From the NCBI GenBank assembly GCA_944393465.1, contig CALYAG010000009.1:3240-67239 (forward strand): DNA of 64,000 nucleotides, read 5' to 3'. Below the pieces are notes generated by a model, which saw only the letters and a program-made list of their open reading frames with translations, did no database searches and was not told the origin of the DNA. This stretch comes from an uncultured Clostridia bacterium (GTDB lineage Bacteria; Bacillota; Clostridia; TANB77; CAG-508). The position numbers and the translations under genes are program-made. Below are positions 1-9,759 of this stretch, in pieces; position 1 is the first letter of the stretch; the number at the start of each line of letters is the position of its first letter.

Positions 1-443
1 TTTAAAAAGTTATTTTTATGTTTTGTAACTGCAATATACATTTTATTTGCTCTTAGATATATTTCTTTCTTATGGGAATTAATATATCTATACTCCGCAG
101 ATATTAAATTTTTATATTTTTCATCTTGTTTTTCATAATCTAATAAATAAGCTACTTCAACGCTTTTTGGAACAGGAATCATTGCCGAAAATTTAATAAT
201 TGCTAATGGATTATTTTTTCTGTCATATACAAAGAAGAAACTTGGATTGTTTTTATATTTTTCATAATGCTCTTTGTATGAATACAATGGCACAAAATAT
301 TCATAGTTTTCTATTTCTAAGACTATCCCTAAATAAGGCCTACTATGTCCTACATTTTCTTTATTATAACTTACATGTTCTTCATATTTGCTTAGATATT
401 CAATATATTCTTTTTTTACAATATAAAATAATAATTCCTTCAA
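1..443 (-). CDS. toxN: Type III toxin-antitoxin ToxN/AbiQ-family endoribonuclease (runs off window start)
   Basis: Not in the ORF track. Hand translation from TTG at 443 (GGAG upstream): LKELLFYIVKKEYIEYL...HSRPYLGIVLEIENYEYFVPLYS...LAIIKFSAMIPVP, matching ToxN/AbiQ motifs. Upstream repeat-terminator layout fits. Confidence 0.85.
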   Translation of the reverse strand, partial: MKELLFYIVKKEYIEYLSKYEEHVSYNKENVGHSRPYLGIVLEIENYEYFVPLYSYKEHYEKYKNNPSFFFVYDRKNNPLAIIKFSAMIPVPKSVEVAYLLDYEKQDEKYKNLISAEYRYINSHKKEIYLRANKMYIAVTKHKNNFL

Positions 444-468
444 ATTTAATTCTCCAAATACCAAAATT

Positions 469-503
469 ATAGAGAGGTACACTTTTTAAATGTACCCCCC
501 TAT
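469..503 (-). terminator. Intrinsic terminator hairpin between toxI repeats and toxN
   Basis: ATAGGGGGGTACA-loop-TGTACCTCTCTAT followed by AATTTT. Confidence 0.75.
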
Positions 504-504
504 T

Positions 505-635
505 TATAACTGCTTATTTATAAGGCTTAAGCATTACCTAATTTGAAATTAGTCCATTTAAAGGTTTGAACCTTACCTAATTTGAAGTAGTTCTTTGTAA
601 GAACTTTTAAGTAATCAAATGATTACTCTTTTAGT
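505..635 (-). ncRNA. toxI: ToxI-like antitoxin RNA, about two 39-nt pseudoknot repeats
   Basis: TTCAAATTAGGTAA recurs at a 39-nt period (586-573, 547-534); each unit can form an H-type pseudoknot. Confidence 0.75.
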
Positions 636-641
636 ATATTC

Positions 642-718
642 ATTATATACTATTTTTATTAATTATGTCAATAGATTTGTAAAGTTTCGCCATAGTTTTT
701 CGTCGACAAAATTCGACA
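642..718 (-). promoter_or_regulatory. Sigma-A promoter of toxIN with upstream tandem Spo0A-box-like sites
   Basis: TTGACA(671-666)-18-TATAAT(647-642); TGTCGAA(718-712) and TGTCGAC(708-702). Confidence 0.6.
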
Positions 719-749
719 TTTTCTTACTTTTATTAATGACCAAGCTCCT

Positions 750-2681
750 CTATTTATATTCTTCTACTTCCTTTACAATCCTCTTAATAAAGTCCTCTGT
801 TTTAATGCTTCCCAAATCTCCTTCTTTTCTATCTCTTACAGATACTGTGCCATTTTCCATTTCTTTATCTCCAACTATAAGCATATATGGAACTTTTGAA
901 AGTTGTGCTTCACGAATTTTGTAACCTGTCTTTTCATTTCTATCATCAACTTCTACTCTTATTCCCTTTTCTTGTAACTCTTCTTTTATTTTATTTGCAT
1001 ATTCTACATGTTTATCTGTAATAGGCAAAATTTTAACTTGTTTTGGAGAAAGCCATACTGGGAAAGCTCCTTTTGTTTCTTCTATCAAGAATGCCATAAA
1101 TCTATCTGAAGAACCTAAAATTGCTCTATGTATAACAACTGGTCTATGTTCTTTTCCATCTTCACCTATATAGCTTAATTCAAATCTTTCAGGAAGTGCA
1201 AAGTCTAATTGGCAAGTTGGTATTGTAATATCATGATTTAAAGCTGTTTTTATCTGTATATCTATTTTTGGTCCATAGAATGCTGCCTCGCCTTTTGCTT
1301 CATAGAAGTCTATTCCTAATTCTGTTAATATTTCACGTAATTGACTTTCTGCAGTTTCCCACATTTCATCATTGTCTATATATTTTTCTTTATTGTCTTT
1401 ATCTCTTAAAGATAATCTATATTTAAAGTTTGATGCTGGGAATCCAAAGTCTTTTTGATATACTTCTTTTATTAAGTTTAGAACTCTACCAACTTCTTCT
1501 TTTATTTGGTCTGGTCTAACAAAAAGGTGAGCATCATTTTGACACATTTCACGAACTCTTTCTAGTCCACATACACTTCCACTAGCTTCATATCTAAAAT
1601 CATGAGCAAGTTCACCAATTCTAATTGGTAAATCTTTATATGAATGTAAGCTATTTTTATAAATAAGCATGTGATGTGGGCAATTCATTGGTCTTAACAC
1701 CATTTCTTCGTTATCCATTTTCATTACAGGGAACATATCTTCTTTATAATGATCCCAGTGACCACTTATTTTGTATAATTCAGTATTTGCTAAGCATGGT
1801 GTGTACACATGTTGATATCCAAGTTTTATTTCTTTATCTTGAATATATCTTTCTAGCAATCTTCTAACTGTTGCTCCATCTGGCAAATACATTGGAAGTC
1901 CTGAACCTACTAATTTATGTGTCATAAATAAATTTAAGTCTTTTCCTATTTTTCTATGGTCTCTTTGTTTTGCTTCTTCTAATAATTGTAAATGTTCCTC
2001 TAATAAAGATGCTTTAGGGAATGATATAGCATATATTCTTTGTAGCATTTTATTATGCTCATTTCCTCTCCAATATGCTCCTGAATTATTTAATATCTTA
2101 ACTGCCTTTATTTTTCCAGTACTCATTAAATGAGGGCCTGCACAAAGGTCTGTAAATTCACCTTGCCTGTAAAAAGATATTTCTTCGCCTTCTGCTAAAT
2201 CATTTATTAGCTCGCATTTGTATGGCTCATCTTTCATTAATTCTAGAGCTTCTTTTTTAGGTAAAGAAAATCTTTCAATTGGTAAATCTTCTTTAATAAT
2301 TTTTTTCATTTCTGCTTCTATTTTTTCTTTATCTTCATCTGTGAAATTATTTTCTACGTCAAAATCATAATAAAATCCATCATCTATGGCTGGACCGATT
2401 GCTAATTTTGTATTTGGAAATAGTCTTTTAACAGCTTGAGCCATTATGTGTGAAGTTGTATGCCAATAAGCCTTTTTTCCGTCTAAATCACTGTCGAATG
2501 TTAAGATTTCAACATTGCAATCTTTTTCTAGCTTAAATCTTAAATCTTCTACTTTTCCGTCAACTCTTCCACAAGTTGCAACTCTTGCCAAACCTTCACT
2601 AATTTGTTTAGCTAAGTCATAAATTGAAATTCCTTGCTCTACTTCTTTTTGAGAGCCATCTTTTAAAGTTACTTTAATCAT
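750..2681 (-). CDS. thrS: Threonine--tRNA ligase
   Basis: TGS domain, WHTTSH, RDHRKIG, RPMNCPHH, AFYGPKID motifs. Confidence 0.98.
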   Translation of the reverse strand: MIKVTLKDGSQKEVEQGISIYDLAKQISEGLARVATCGRVDGKVEDLRFKLEKDCNVEILTFDSDLDGKKAYWHTTSHIMAQAVKRLFPNTKLAIGPAIDDGFYYDFDVENNFTDEDKEKIEAEMKKIIKEDLPIERFSLPKKEALELMKDEPYKCELINDLAEGEEISFYRQGEFTDLCAGPHLMSTGKIKAVKILNNSGAYWRGNEHNKMLQRIYAISFPKASLLEEHLQLLEEAKQRDHRKIGKDLNLFMTHKLVGSGLPMYLPDGATVRRLLERYIQDKEIKLGYQHVYTPCLANTELYKISGHWDHYKEDMFPVMKMDNEEMVLRPMNCPHHMLIYKNSLHSYKDLPIRIGELAHDFRYEASGSVCGLERVREMCQNDAHLFVRPDQIKEEVGRVLNLIKEVYQKDFGFPASNFKYRLSLRDKDNKEKYIDNDEMWETAESQLREILTELGIDFYEAKGEAAFYGPKIDIQIKTALNHDITIPTCQLDFALPERFELSYIGEDGKEHRPVVIHRAILGSSDRFMAFLIEETKGAFPVWLSPKQVKILPITDKHVEYANKIKEELQEKGIRVEVDDRNEKTGYKIREAQLSKVPYMLIVGDKEMENGTVSVRDRKEGDLGSIKTEDFIKRIVKEVEEYK

Positions 2682-2769
2682 AAATACTTCCTTTCTATGT
2701 TTGGGGTTTTTGCTTTTTTATCTAAACTAAAGTAAATTTATGCCATACGGTAATTATTTTTTAAGATTA

Positions 2770-3000
2770 TACAAACAAAAATCCCCAAAACATAATTAAA
2801 TTATGTTCTGGGGTACTTATATAAGCACGGTTCCACCCGGATATTTCACTTCATTTTAGGCTATAACGCACCAACCGTCTAACTTATTCGCTAGAAGCTT
2901 GAAGAGGTAGTTTTTCAAATATGTTTACTTGAATTAGTTTTCAGCCTATGACTAATTCTCTCTTTAAGCAACCTTTATTTTACTTTTTCTCTTACTGCTT
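2770..3000 (-). promoter_or_regulatory. T-box riboswitch leader of thrS
   Basis: Minus strand has AGAGA...GCTGAA stem I motifs, a Thr specifier region (ACT/ACC), T-box GGGTGGAACCGTG at ~2825-2838 and a terminator hairpin at ~2780-2815. Confidence 0.85.
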
Positions 3001-3011
3001 TTACAATATTT

Positions 3012-3039
3012 ATTATAGCACGAAAAAATAATATGTCAA
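3012..3039 (-). promoter_or_regulatory. Sigma-A promoter of the thrS leader
   Basis: TTGACA-16-TATAAT with TGn extended -10. Confidence 0.7.
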
Positions 3040-3046
3040 CTTATTT

Positions 3047-3685
3047 TTATAAAATTATTTTTTTATATTCCTTGCACAAATCTTTCAATGCACATTCTTC
3101 ACATTTTGGATTTCTTGCTGTGCAAGTTTTTCTTCCATGCCATACTAATAAGTGATTGACATCATAATAATATTCTTTTGGAATAACTTTTAATAAATCT
3201 TGTTCTATTTTTAATGGATCGCTTTCATTTGAAAAGCCAAGTCTATTTGCAATTCTTTTAGCATGAGTATCTACTGCTATTCCTTGAGGATTGTGAAATG
3301 CTTCTAGCATTATTACATTTGCACTTTTTCTCCCCACTCCTGGAATACTTGTTAAATCTTCCATATTGTCAGGTACTTCACCATTAAATTTTTCTACAAT
3401 CATTTTGCTTGCTGCTTTTAAATTCTTTGCTTTATTTTTATAAAAGCCACATGGATGTATTATTTCTTCTAATACTTTTATATCCATATTGTAAAAGTCG
3501 TAAACTGTTGGATATTTTGCAAATAGCTCAGGCGTAGTTTTGTTTACCCTTTCATCTGTGCATTGTGCAGATAAACACACTGCAACAAGCATTTGAAATG
3601 GTGTTTTGAAGTCCAAACTACAAGTTGCATCTGGATACATTTCTTTTAATTTCTTTATGATTTTTACTGCTTTTTCTTGGTCCAT
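3047..3685 (-). CDS. nth: Endonuclease III
   Basis: LSAQCTD, HhH GVGRKSANV, VDTH, C-terminal 4Fe-4S cysteine cluster. Confidence 0.96.
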   Translation of the reverse strand: MDQEKAVKIIKKLKEMYPDATCSLDFKTPFQMLVAVCLSAQCTDERVNKTTPELFAKYPTVYDFYNMDIKVLEEIIHPCGFYKNKAKNLKAASKMIVEKFNGEVPDNMEDLTSIPGVGRKSANVIMLEAFHNPQGIAVDTHAKRIANRLGFSNESDPLKIEQDLLKVIPKEYYYDVNHLLVWHGRKTCTARNPKCEECALKDLCKEYKKIIL

Positions 3686-3709
3686 ATTTTGCTCCTTTTT
3701 ATATCACTA

Positions 3710-3795
3710 TGTCAATAGGGACGGTCCTTTTTGACACACTCAGCTATATTACTTTTATTATATAATGTTGTCAAATAGAACCATCCCTATTGACA
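3710..3795. repeat. Palindromic REP-like repeat, inverted pair (TGTCAA-arm type)
   Basis: TGTCAATAGGGACGGTCCTTTTTGACA at 3710-3736 and an inverted copy at 3769-3795. Confidence 0.85.
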
Positions 3796-3806
3796 CTTTG
3801 CTCTAA

Positions 3807-4463
3807 TTACTCCTTAAGTTTTTTAATTGTATAACTATAGTCTTTTGAACTAATTATTGCTGTGCCACTAACAGCAATGGTGGCTCCCGCTTCTTTTACT
3901 TCTTTCGAATTTTCTAAATTTATTCCTCCATCAACTTCAATTTCTGTTTCTAAGCCCAGTTCATCAATTTTTGCCTTGGCATACTTTATTTTTGTAAACG
4001 TACTTTCTATGAATTCTTGTCCGCCTTTTCCTGGCTCAACTGACATAATTAATAGCAAGTTTATTTTTGGCAAAAACTTTAGTATTTTATCTATCTCAGT
4101 ATTTGGCTTTATTGCCAATCCAACTTTGCATTCTCTACCTTTAATTTGTTCAATATATTTATCTACTTCTGTATCATCTTTACAAGCTTCATAGTGAAAA
4201 GTAATAATATTGGGATTGAATATTGAATAACTATCTATGTATTCTTTAACATTTGTAACCATTAAGTGTACATCTATTGGTACATTTGTTATTTGATTTA
4301 AGTACTCACAATAAATTCTCATTGTCTCAGATGTGTCATTTTCTACAAATCTGCCATCCATTACATCTATATGAAAATAGTCTGTATGAGCTACTTCCAA
4401 ATTGTATATTGTTTGAATAATATCTTCTTTTTTAACACTTAATAATGATGTTGAAATTTCCAT
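3807..4463 (-). CDS. rpe: Ribulose-phosphate 3-epimerase
   Basis: HIDVMDGRFV, DVHLMV, MSVEPGKGGQ, EVDGGIN. Confidence 0.95.
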   Translation of the reverse strand: MEISTSLLSVKKEDIIQTIYNLEVAHTDYFHIDVMDGRFVENDTSETMRIYCEYLNQITNVPIDVHLMVTNVKEYIDSYSIFNPNIITFHYEACKDDTEVDKYIEQIKGRECKVGLAIKPNTEIDKILKFLPKINLLLIMSVEPGKGGQEFIESTFTKIKYAKAKIDELGLETEIEVDGGINLENSKEVKEAGATIAVSGTAIISSKDYSYTIKKLKE

Positions 4464-5392
4464 TAGTTATATCTCCTCTTATAATTTTCTTCCAATTCCT
4501 TATATATTTTCACAAAATTCTCATATCTTGACTTTGATATTTTTCCATCGAGCACTGCTCTTTTTACTCCGCATTCTTTTTCACTTTCATAAATATGGCT
4601 ACACCCCACATATTTACAATCTTGTATAAACGGAATAAAATCTATAAATTCCTTATCTAAGTTTTTGTAATCTATTTCATTAATATCAAACGTACTAAAA
4701 CCTGGAGTATCTGCAATATATGTATTTTCTTCTAATTCATATAATGTAACTGCTGTTGTAGTGTTTTTTCCTCTTTTATTTTTTTCGCTAACTAAACCTT
4801 CTTCTGTAATATTTTTTCCAAATAGACTATTTATAATTGTTGATTTTCCTACTCCTGAATTGCCTGAAAATACTGTGATATTTTCTTTTAAATAATCTTT
4901 TAACTTATCAACTCCTACATTATTTTTAGCCTGCGTTTCAAGCACAGTATAGCCTACTTTTTCATACACATTTTTCAAATTACTGCAATCTGCTAAATCG
5001 CATTTATTAAGTACAATTATGCTTTTTATTCCCATATTTTCTGCAAAAGCTAATTGCTTATCTAGCATCAATATATCTGGCTCAGGCTCTTTTAGAGACA
5101 CGACAAAAACGACCTGTGTAACATTGGCTATTTTAGGCCTTTTTATATAATTAGTTCTTTCATATATTTTTGTAATAGCTTCATTTTCAATTTCTACTTT
5201 ATCTCCCGCAACTGGAGTTAGAGTATTTATTTTTCCATAATTAGTTGCAAGTTTCAAAGCATTTTCTTCTCTTTTATTTAGCACTTGATTATTGTTTTTT
5301 AGCTTTCCTCTTGCTATGCAAATGTGCATGTTATCTTCTTCATCTATTACTTTATACCTATTTGCTACATTTTGTATAACTGTTGCTTTCAT
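4463..5392 (-). CDS. rsgA: Ribosome small subunit-dependent GTPase A
   Basis: Circularly permuted GTPase NKCD, GNSGVGKS, DTPG plus C-terminal Zn motif CKYVGCSH...C. Confidence 0.95.
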   Translation of the reverse strand: MKATVIQNVANRYKVIDEEDNMHICIARGKLKNNNQVLNKREENALKLATNYGKINTLTPVAGDKVEIENEAITKIYERTNYIKRPKIANVTQVVFVVSLKEPEPDILMLDKQLAFAENMGIKSIIVLNKCDLADCSNLKNVYEKVGYTVLETQAKNNVGVDKLKDYLKENITVFSGNSGVGKSTIINSLFGKNITEEGLVSEKNKRGKNTTTAVTLYELEENTYIADTPGFSTFDINEIDYKNLDKEFIDFIPFIQDCKYVGCSHIYESEKECGVKRAVLDGKISKSRYENFVKIYKELEENYKRRYN

Positions 5393-5620
5393 AAAACTCC
5401 TTTTAGTATGTTAGTTCCCATTAGATATGAAAAAAATCGTTTTCTGTTCAATAAGACATATCTTTTAATAATGTAATTATACCATAATTTTTGAAATTTG
5501 CAATTAAATCACAATAAATGTCCTACGGAAAAAAGGAATATTCCATTAGTTTTACCTAACAAAATATTCCTTTTATCAATTCTTGTTTATACACATATTA
5601 ATCATGTAATTTTACTAAAA

Positions 5621-7609
5621 TTAGTCACTTACTGTATTTTTATCAAATATTACATTTCTGTTGTTGTCAGATTCATCGAAGTTAATTGTTCTAGTTTTTG
5701 TATATGATGAACCTACTTTTACTGTTATATCATGTATTCCTGTTGAAGTATATGAATAAGCATTATATGATGAGTTTGTAACACTTGCTGAATTTTGTGT
5801 TCTTTCTACACCATCTATTAAAATTGTAACATTGACAGTTTCAGGTGTTTGTGCAGTTTCGTTTGTCGTATTTGTATTTTGTGAAGAACTGCTTCCCATT
5901 ATTGATTTAACATCAACTATTACATTAATTGTTTTTTGTTCTTTCACAATTTTGTTTACAACAATGTCTATATTTGAATTTTTTGCAGTTTCAGCATTTG
6001 CATCTATGCTTTGAGAAATAACCTTTCCGTCTTCTTCTTCCTCATTGCTTTCGTAAGTAACCTTTGGGTTAAGTCCTGCATTTTTAAGAGTTGCTACTGC
6101 AGTTCCTTCGTCCATTCCAAGTACGGTTGGTACTCTAACTTTTTCTACACCGGCGCTAATGTGAACAACTACTGTATCACCTGATTTAACTAGTGTTCCC
6201 ACTGGTGTATCTTGTTTTATAATTATTCCCGCTTCTACTGTATCACTATTTTCAGTTTGTTCATCTAGTTTAATTCCCATTGATTCTGCTGTATTTCTTG
6301 CGTCCTCAATTTTCATTCCTTCTAATTTAACCATCTCAGTTTGCTCTGGACCTTTGCTTACATTTATCTTTATTGTAGAGCCTTTTTCTATTTTGCTTTC
6401 TGTAAATTCTGGGTCTTGTGATACTACTTTGCCTTCTTCAACATCACTACTTGCGACCTCAGTTACTTCAAGTGTAAGTCCTAAGTCATCTGCCATTTGC
6501 TCAGCTTCTTCCTGTGTTTTACCTACTAAGTTTGGCATATCTACTTTTGACTTTATTCCGCCATCAATTACAATTTTTGTTATTAAAAATACTACAACAA
6601 ATAGAAGTATTAGACTTAAAATAACAATTGCAACTTTAGCTTTAGGGTGTTCTGTAAAGAAGTTTGTTTTTGTTTGTACTTCTTCTCCATTTTTTTGCTT
6701 TACTTGGTCGTCTTTTATAGCTTGCATTACTCTAGTGTACCCACCATCTTTATTTTCAATTATAACAAAATCTCCATCTGGGTCTTTTAATGCTTTGCTT
6801 AAATCGTGTAGCATTTCTGTTGCGCTTTGATATCTTGCTGATGGCTCTTTTTGCATTGCTTTCATCACTATTTGATTTACAGCTGTTGGAATTTCTGGAT
6901 TAAGCTCTATTGGTTCTTTTGGATCTTCTTGCATATGTTTAAGTGCAACTGATACTGGTGTATCTGCGTCAAATGGTACTTTTCCAGTAAGCATTTCGTA
7001 CATTACAACACCTAAAGAATATAAATCTGACTTGGCGTCTGTAAATCCACCTTTTGCTTGCTCTGGTGAAAAATAATGCACTGAACCTATAGTTGTTCCA
7101 AACGCTGTTATTGTTGAATTTGATACTGCTTTTGCTATACCAAAGTCTGTAACTTTTGCAATTCCGTCTTCTGTAATTATTATATTATGAGGCTTTATAT
7201 CTCTATGAATTATTCCATTTTTATGCGCAAGCTCTAAAGCAGATGCTATTTGCATTGCTATATTTACAGCCCATTTCCAAGAAAGTGCGCCTTCATCATT
7301 TATTATTTCTTTTAATGTTTTACCTTGTACAAGTTCCATAACTATGTAGTACAAATTATTTTCGTCTTCGTGCCCTACATCATATATTGAAACTATATTT
7401 GGATGCGAAAGGCTTGCTGCCGCTTGTGCTTCTGTGTTAAATCTTTTTATAAAGTCTGTATCTGTTGTAAATTCATCTTTTAATACTTTTACTGCAACTA
7501 ATCTATTAAGCACATGGTCTTTTGCCTTGTACACTGTTGCCATTCCCCCGAGGCCGACCTCTTCAAGGATTTCATACCTATTTCCTATTATTTTACCTAT
7601 CAAATTCAT
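5621..7609 (-). CDS. prkC: PASTA-domain Ser/Thr kinase (PrkC/PknB/Stk1)
   Basis: GGMATVY, HRDIKPHN, DFG, TM helix, three PASTA repeats. Confidence 0.95.
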   Translation of the reverse strand: MNLIGKIIGNRYEILEEVGLGGMATVYKAKDHVLNRLVAVKVLKDEFTTDTDFIKRFNTEAQAAASLSHPNIVSIYDVGHEDENNLYYIVMELVQGKTLKEIINDEGALSWKWAVNIAMQIASALELAHKNGIIHRDIKPHNIIITEDGIAKVTDFGIAKAVSNSTITAFGTTIGSVHYFSPEQAKGGFTDAKSDLYSLGVVMYEMLTGKVPFDADTPVSVALKHMQEDPKEPIELNPEIPTAVNQIVMKAMQKEPSARYQSATEMLHDLSKALKDPDGDFVIIENKDGGYTRVMQAIKDDQVKQKNGEEVQTKTNFFTEHPKAKVAIVILSLILLFVVVFLITKIVIDGGIKSKVDMPNLVGKTQEEAEQMADDLGLTLEVTEVASSDVEEGKVVSQDPEFTESKIEKGSTIKINVSKGPEQTEMVKLEGMKIEDARNTAESMGIKLDEQTENSDTVEAGIIIKQDTPVGTLVKSGDTVVVHISAGVEKVRVPTVLGMDEGTAVATLKNAGLNPKVTYESNEEEEDGKVISQSIDANAETAKNSNIDIVVNKIVKEQKTINVIVDVKSIMGSSSSQNTNTTNETAQTPETVNVTILIDGVERTQNSASVTNSSYNAYSYTSTGIHDITVKVGSSYTKTRTINFDESDNNRNVIFDKNTVSD

Positions 7610-7637
7610 AATATTTTCCTTTCTCTTTTGAAAGATT

Positions 7638-8366
7638 TTATTCTATTACAATTGCTGTAATATTGTCTAATCCGCCATTTTCATTTGCCTTTTCAACTAG
7701 CTTTTTTGATGGCTCATCTGTATTTGTTTTCAAAATATTAAATATATCTTGTTCACTAACCATATTTGTTAAACCATCTGTGCACATTAGAATTATATCA
7801 CCTTTTATAAATCCCTTTATCATGCTGTCTGGTTCAATAAATTCTGTACATCCAAGTGCCTTAATAAGCATATTCTTTTTTGGATGATTCATACTCTCTT
7901 CTTTTGTTATTTTACCTTCATCAACCAATTGCTGTACATAGCTGTGGTCTTTGGTAAGTTTACGCATAAATTCTTTTCTAATTCTATATATTCTGCTATC
8001 CCCTATATGTGAGATAAAAGCTTTATTTTCATAAATTAAGCATACATCTAAAGTAGTTCCCATATTTTTAAGTTCTTCATCATTTTTTGCCTTTTCATAT
8101 ACAACCATATTTGCATATTGACTACTACTTTTGACTAAACTTAACAGCGTTTCTTTATCTATTTTTGATTTTTCAAAATTGCTTAAGATATAATTTCTTG
8201 CTGCATTTACTGCCATACTACTTGCAATTTCTCCGCCTTTATATCCTCCCATGCCGTCCGCTACAATAAATAATTGTATTTCATCTTCTGGCTTGGAAGC
8301 AAAATATGAATCTTCATTTAATTGCCTAGCTTTTCCTATGTCTGAGGTTGCAAAAGCTTGTATCAT
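7638..8366 (-). CDS. prpC: PP2C-type Ser/Thr phosphatase (PrpC/Stp1)
   Basis: NED, VADGMGG, MGTT, HIGDSR, TDGL, DNIT; adjacent to prkC. Confidence 0.95.
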   Translation of the reverse strand: MIQAFATSDIGKARQLNEDSYFASKPEDEIQLFIVADGMGGYKGGEIASSMAVNAARNYILSNFEKSKIDKETLLSLVKSSSQYANMVVYEKAKNDEELKNMGTTLDVCLIYENKAFISHIGDSRIYRIRKEFMRKLTKDHSYVQQLVDEGKITKEESMNHPKKNMLIKALGCTEFIEPDSMIKGFIKGDIILMCTDGLTNMVSEQDIFNILKTNTDEPSKKLVEKANENGGLDNITAIVIE

Positions 8367-8415
8367 TTTTTCCTCCTACTTTTTGTAACTTTTCAGTTGC
8401 TTTTTCAGTTGCTTT

Positions 8416-8663
8416 TTTTCAGTTGGGGACGGTCCTAAAATGAAAAAATATATCATTTTCATTTAAAGTTTATTCCTAATTGAAGTTTTTTCATTTTAGG
8501 ACCGTCCCCAACTGAAAAAATATATCGGTTTCATTTAAAGTTTATTACTAATTGAAGTTTTTTCATTTTAGGACCGTCCCCAACTGAAAAAATATATCGG
8601 TTTCATTTAAAGTTTATTCCTAATTGAAAATTTTTTCATTTTAAGACCGTCCCCAACTGAAAA
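8416..8663. repeat. REP-like array: one forward and three reverse 31-bp palindromes at a 72-73 bp period
   Basis: TTTTCAGTTGGGGACGGTCCTAAAATGAAAA at 8416; reverse copies at 8488, 8560 and 8633; near-identical 41-42 bp spacers. Confidence 0.95.
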
Positions 8664-9686
8664 TTACTTCAAATTTTTTCTTCTTAGTTGTCCACAAGCT
8701 GCTTCTATGTCTGAGCCTAATTCTCTACGAATTGTTGCTGTAATTCCTTTGCTATTTAAGTAATCTCTAAATTTTATTATGTTTTCATTTGAGCTTTTTA
8801 TGTATTTTCCATTTTCAATTTTGTTTATAGGAATTAAATTTACGTGGCATAACATTCCATGCAACAATGCTACTAATTCGTCTGCAGCTTTTTGATTGTC
8901 ATTGTTGTCCTTTGCCAATGCATATTCAAATGAAATTCTTTTATTTGTTTTGCTAATATAATATTTACAAGCTTTTATTAACTCTTGTATATTATATGCA
9001 TTATTAACTGGCATCATACTACTTCTTGTCTCATTATTTGCACTGTGAAGTGAAATTGACAATGTGCATTGAACATTTTCGTCTGCAAACTGATAAATTT
9101 TTGGAACGATTCCACTTGTTGATATGCTAATATGTCTTGCGCCTATATTTAAACCCTTTTGATTGTTTAATATTTTTACTGCGTTCATTACATTGTCATA
9201 ATTATCAAAAGGCTCTCCAATTCCCATAAATACAACATTTGATATTTTTTCACCTATATCCTGCTCTATTGCAATTATTTGCTCTACAATTTCGCCTGAT
9301 GTTAAGCTTCTTATAAATGCAATTCCTGTTGATGCGCAGAATTTACATCCCATTTTACAGCCTATTTGTGATGATACACAAACTGTTTTTCCAAAATGAT
9401 ATTGCATAAGCACTGATTCTATTGCATTTCCATCACTCAAACCAAATAGATATTTTTTTGTGCCATCTTTTGATTCGAGCTTTTTTACTATGGTAAAATT
9501 GCATATGTCATAGTTTTGCTTTAATTTTTCTCTTAATTCTAATGATAAATTTGTCATTTCATCAAAACTATGCACCTTTTCTACATATAGCCATTTAAAA
9601 ATTTGTTCTGCTCTAAATGGCTTTTCACCTATGTTTGTAAGTTCTTGTTTTAATTCGTTTAAATCATAGTCCTTGATATTTTTCAT
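8664..9686 (-). CDS. rlmN: 23S rRNA/tRNA m2A methyltransferase, radical SAM
   Basis: CKMGCKFC, MGIGEP, AACGQL. Confidence 0.97.
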   Translation of the reverse strand: MKNIKDYDLNELKQELTNIGEKPFRAEQIFKWLYVEKVHSFDEMTNLSLELREKLKQNYDICNFTIVKKLESKDGTKKYLFGLSDGNAIESVLMQYHFGKTVCVSSQIGCKMGCKFCASTGIAFIRSLTSGEIVEQIIAIEQDIGEKISNVVFMGIGEPFDNYDNVMNAVKILNNQKGLNIGARHISISTSGIVPKIYQFADENVQCTLSISLHSANNETRSSMMPVNNAYNIQELIKACKYYISKTNKRISFEYALAKDNNDNQKAADELVALLHGMLCHVNLIPINKIENGKYIKSSNENIIKFRDYLNSKGITATIRRELGSDIEAACGQLRRKNLK

Positions 9687-9759
9687 ATATTTCTCCTATT
9701 ACTTTATATCACAATATTAGTTATATTTCAAGATAATTTGAAATATTTATCAGCACACG

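Noticed and set aside
200-924. Plus-strand ORFs 200-472 and 619-924
   Set aside because: Antisense shadows of toxN and thrS. The same applies to most short plus-strand ORFs in the track.
8416-8663. CRISPR array (31-bp repeats with 41-bp spacers)
   Set aside because: Spacers are near-identical, the first repeat is inverted, copies are dispersed across the window, and no cas genes are present.
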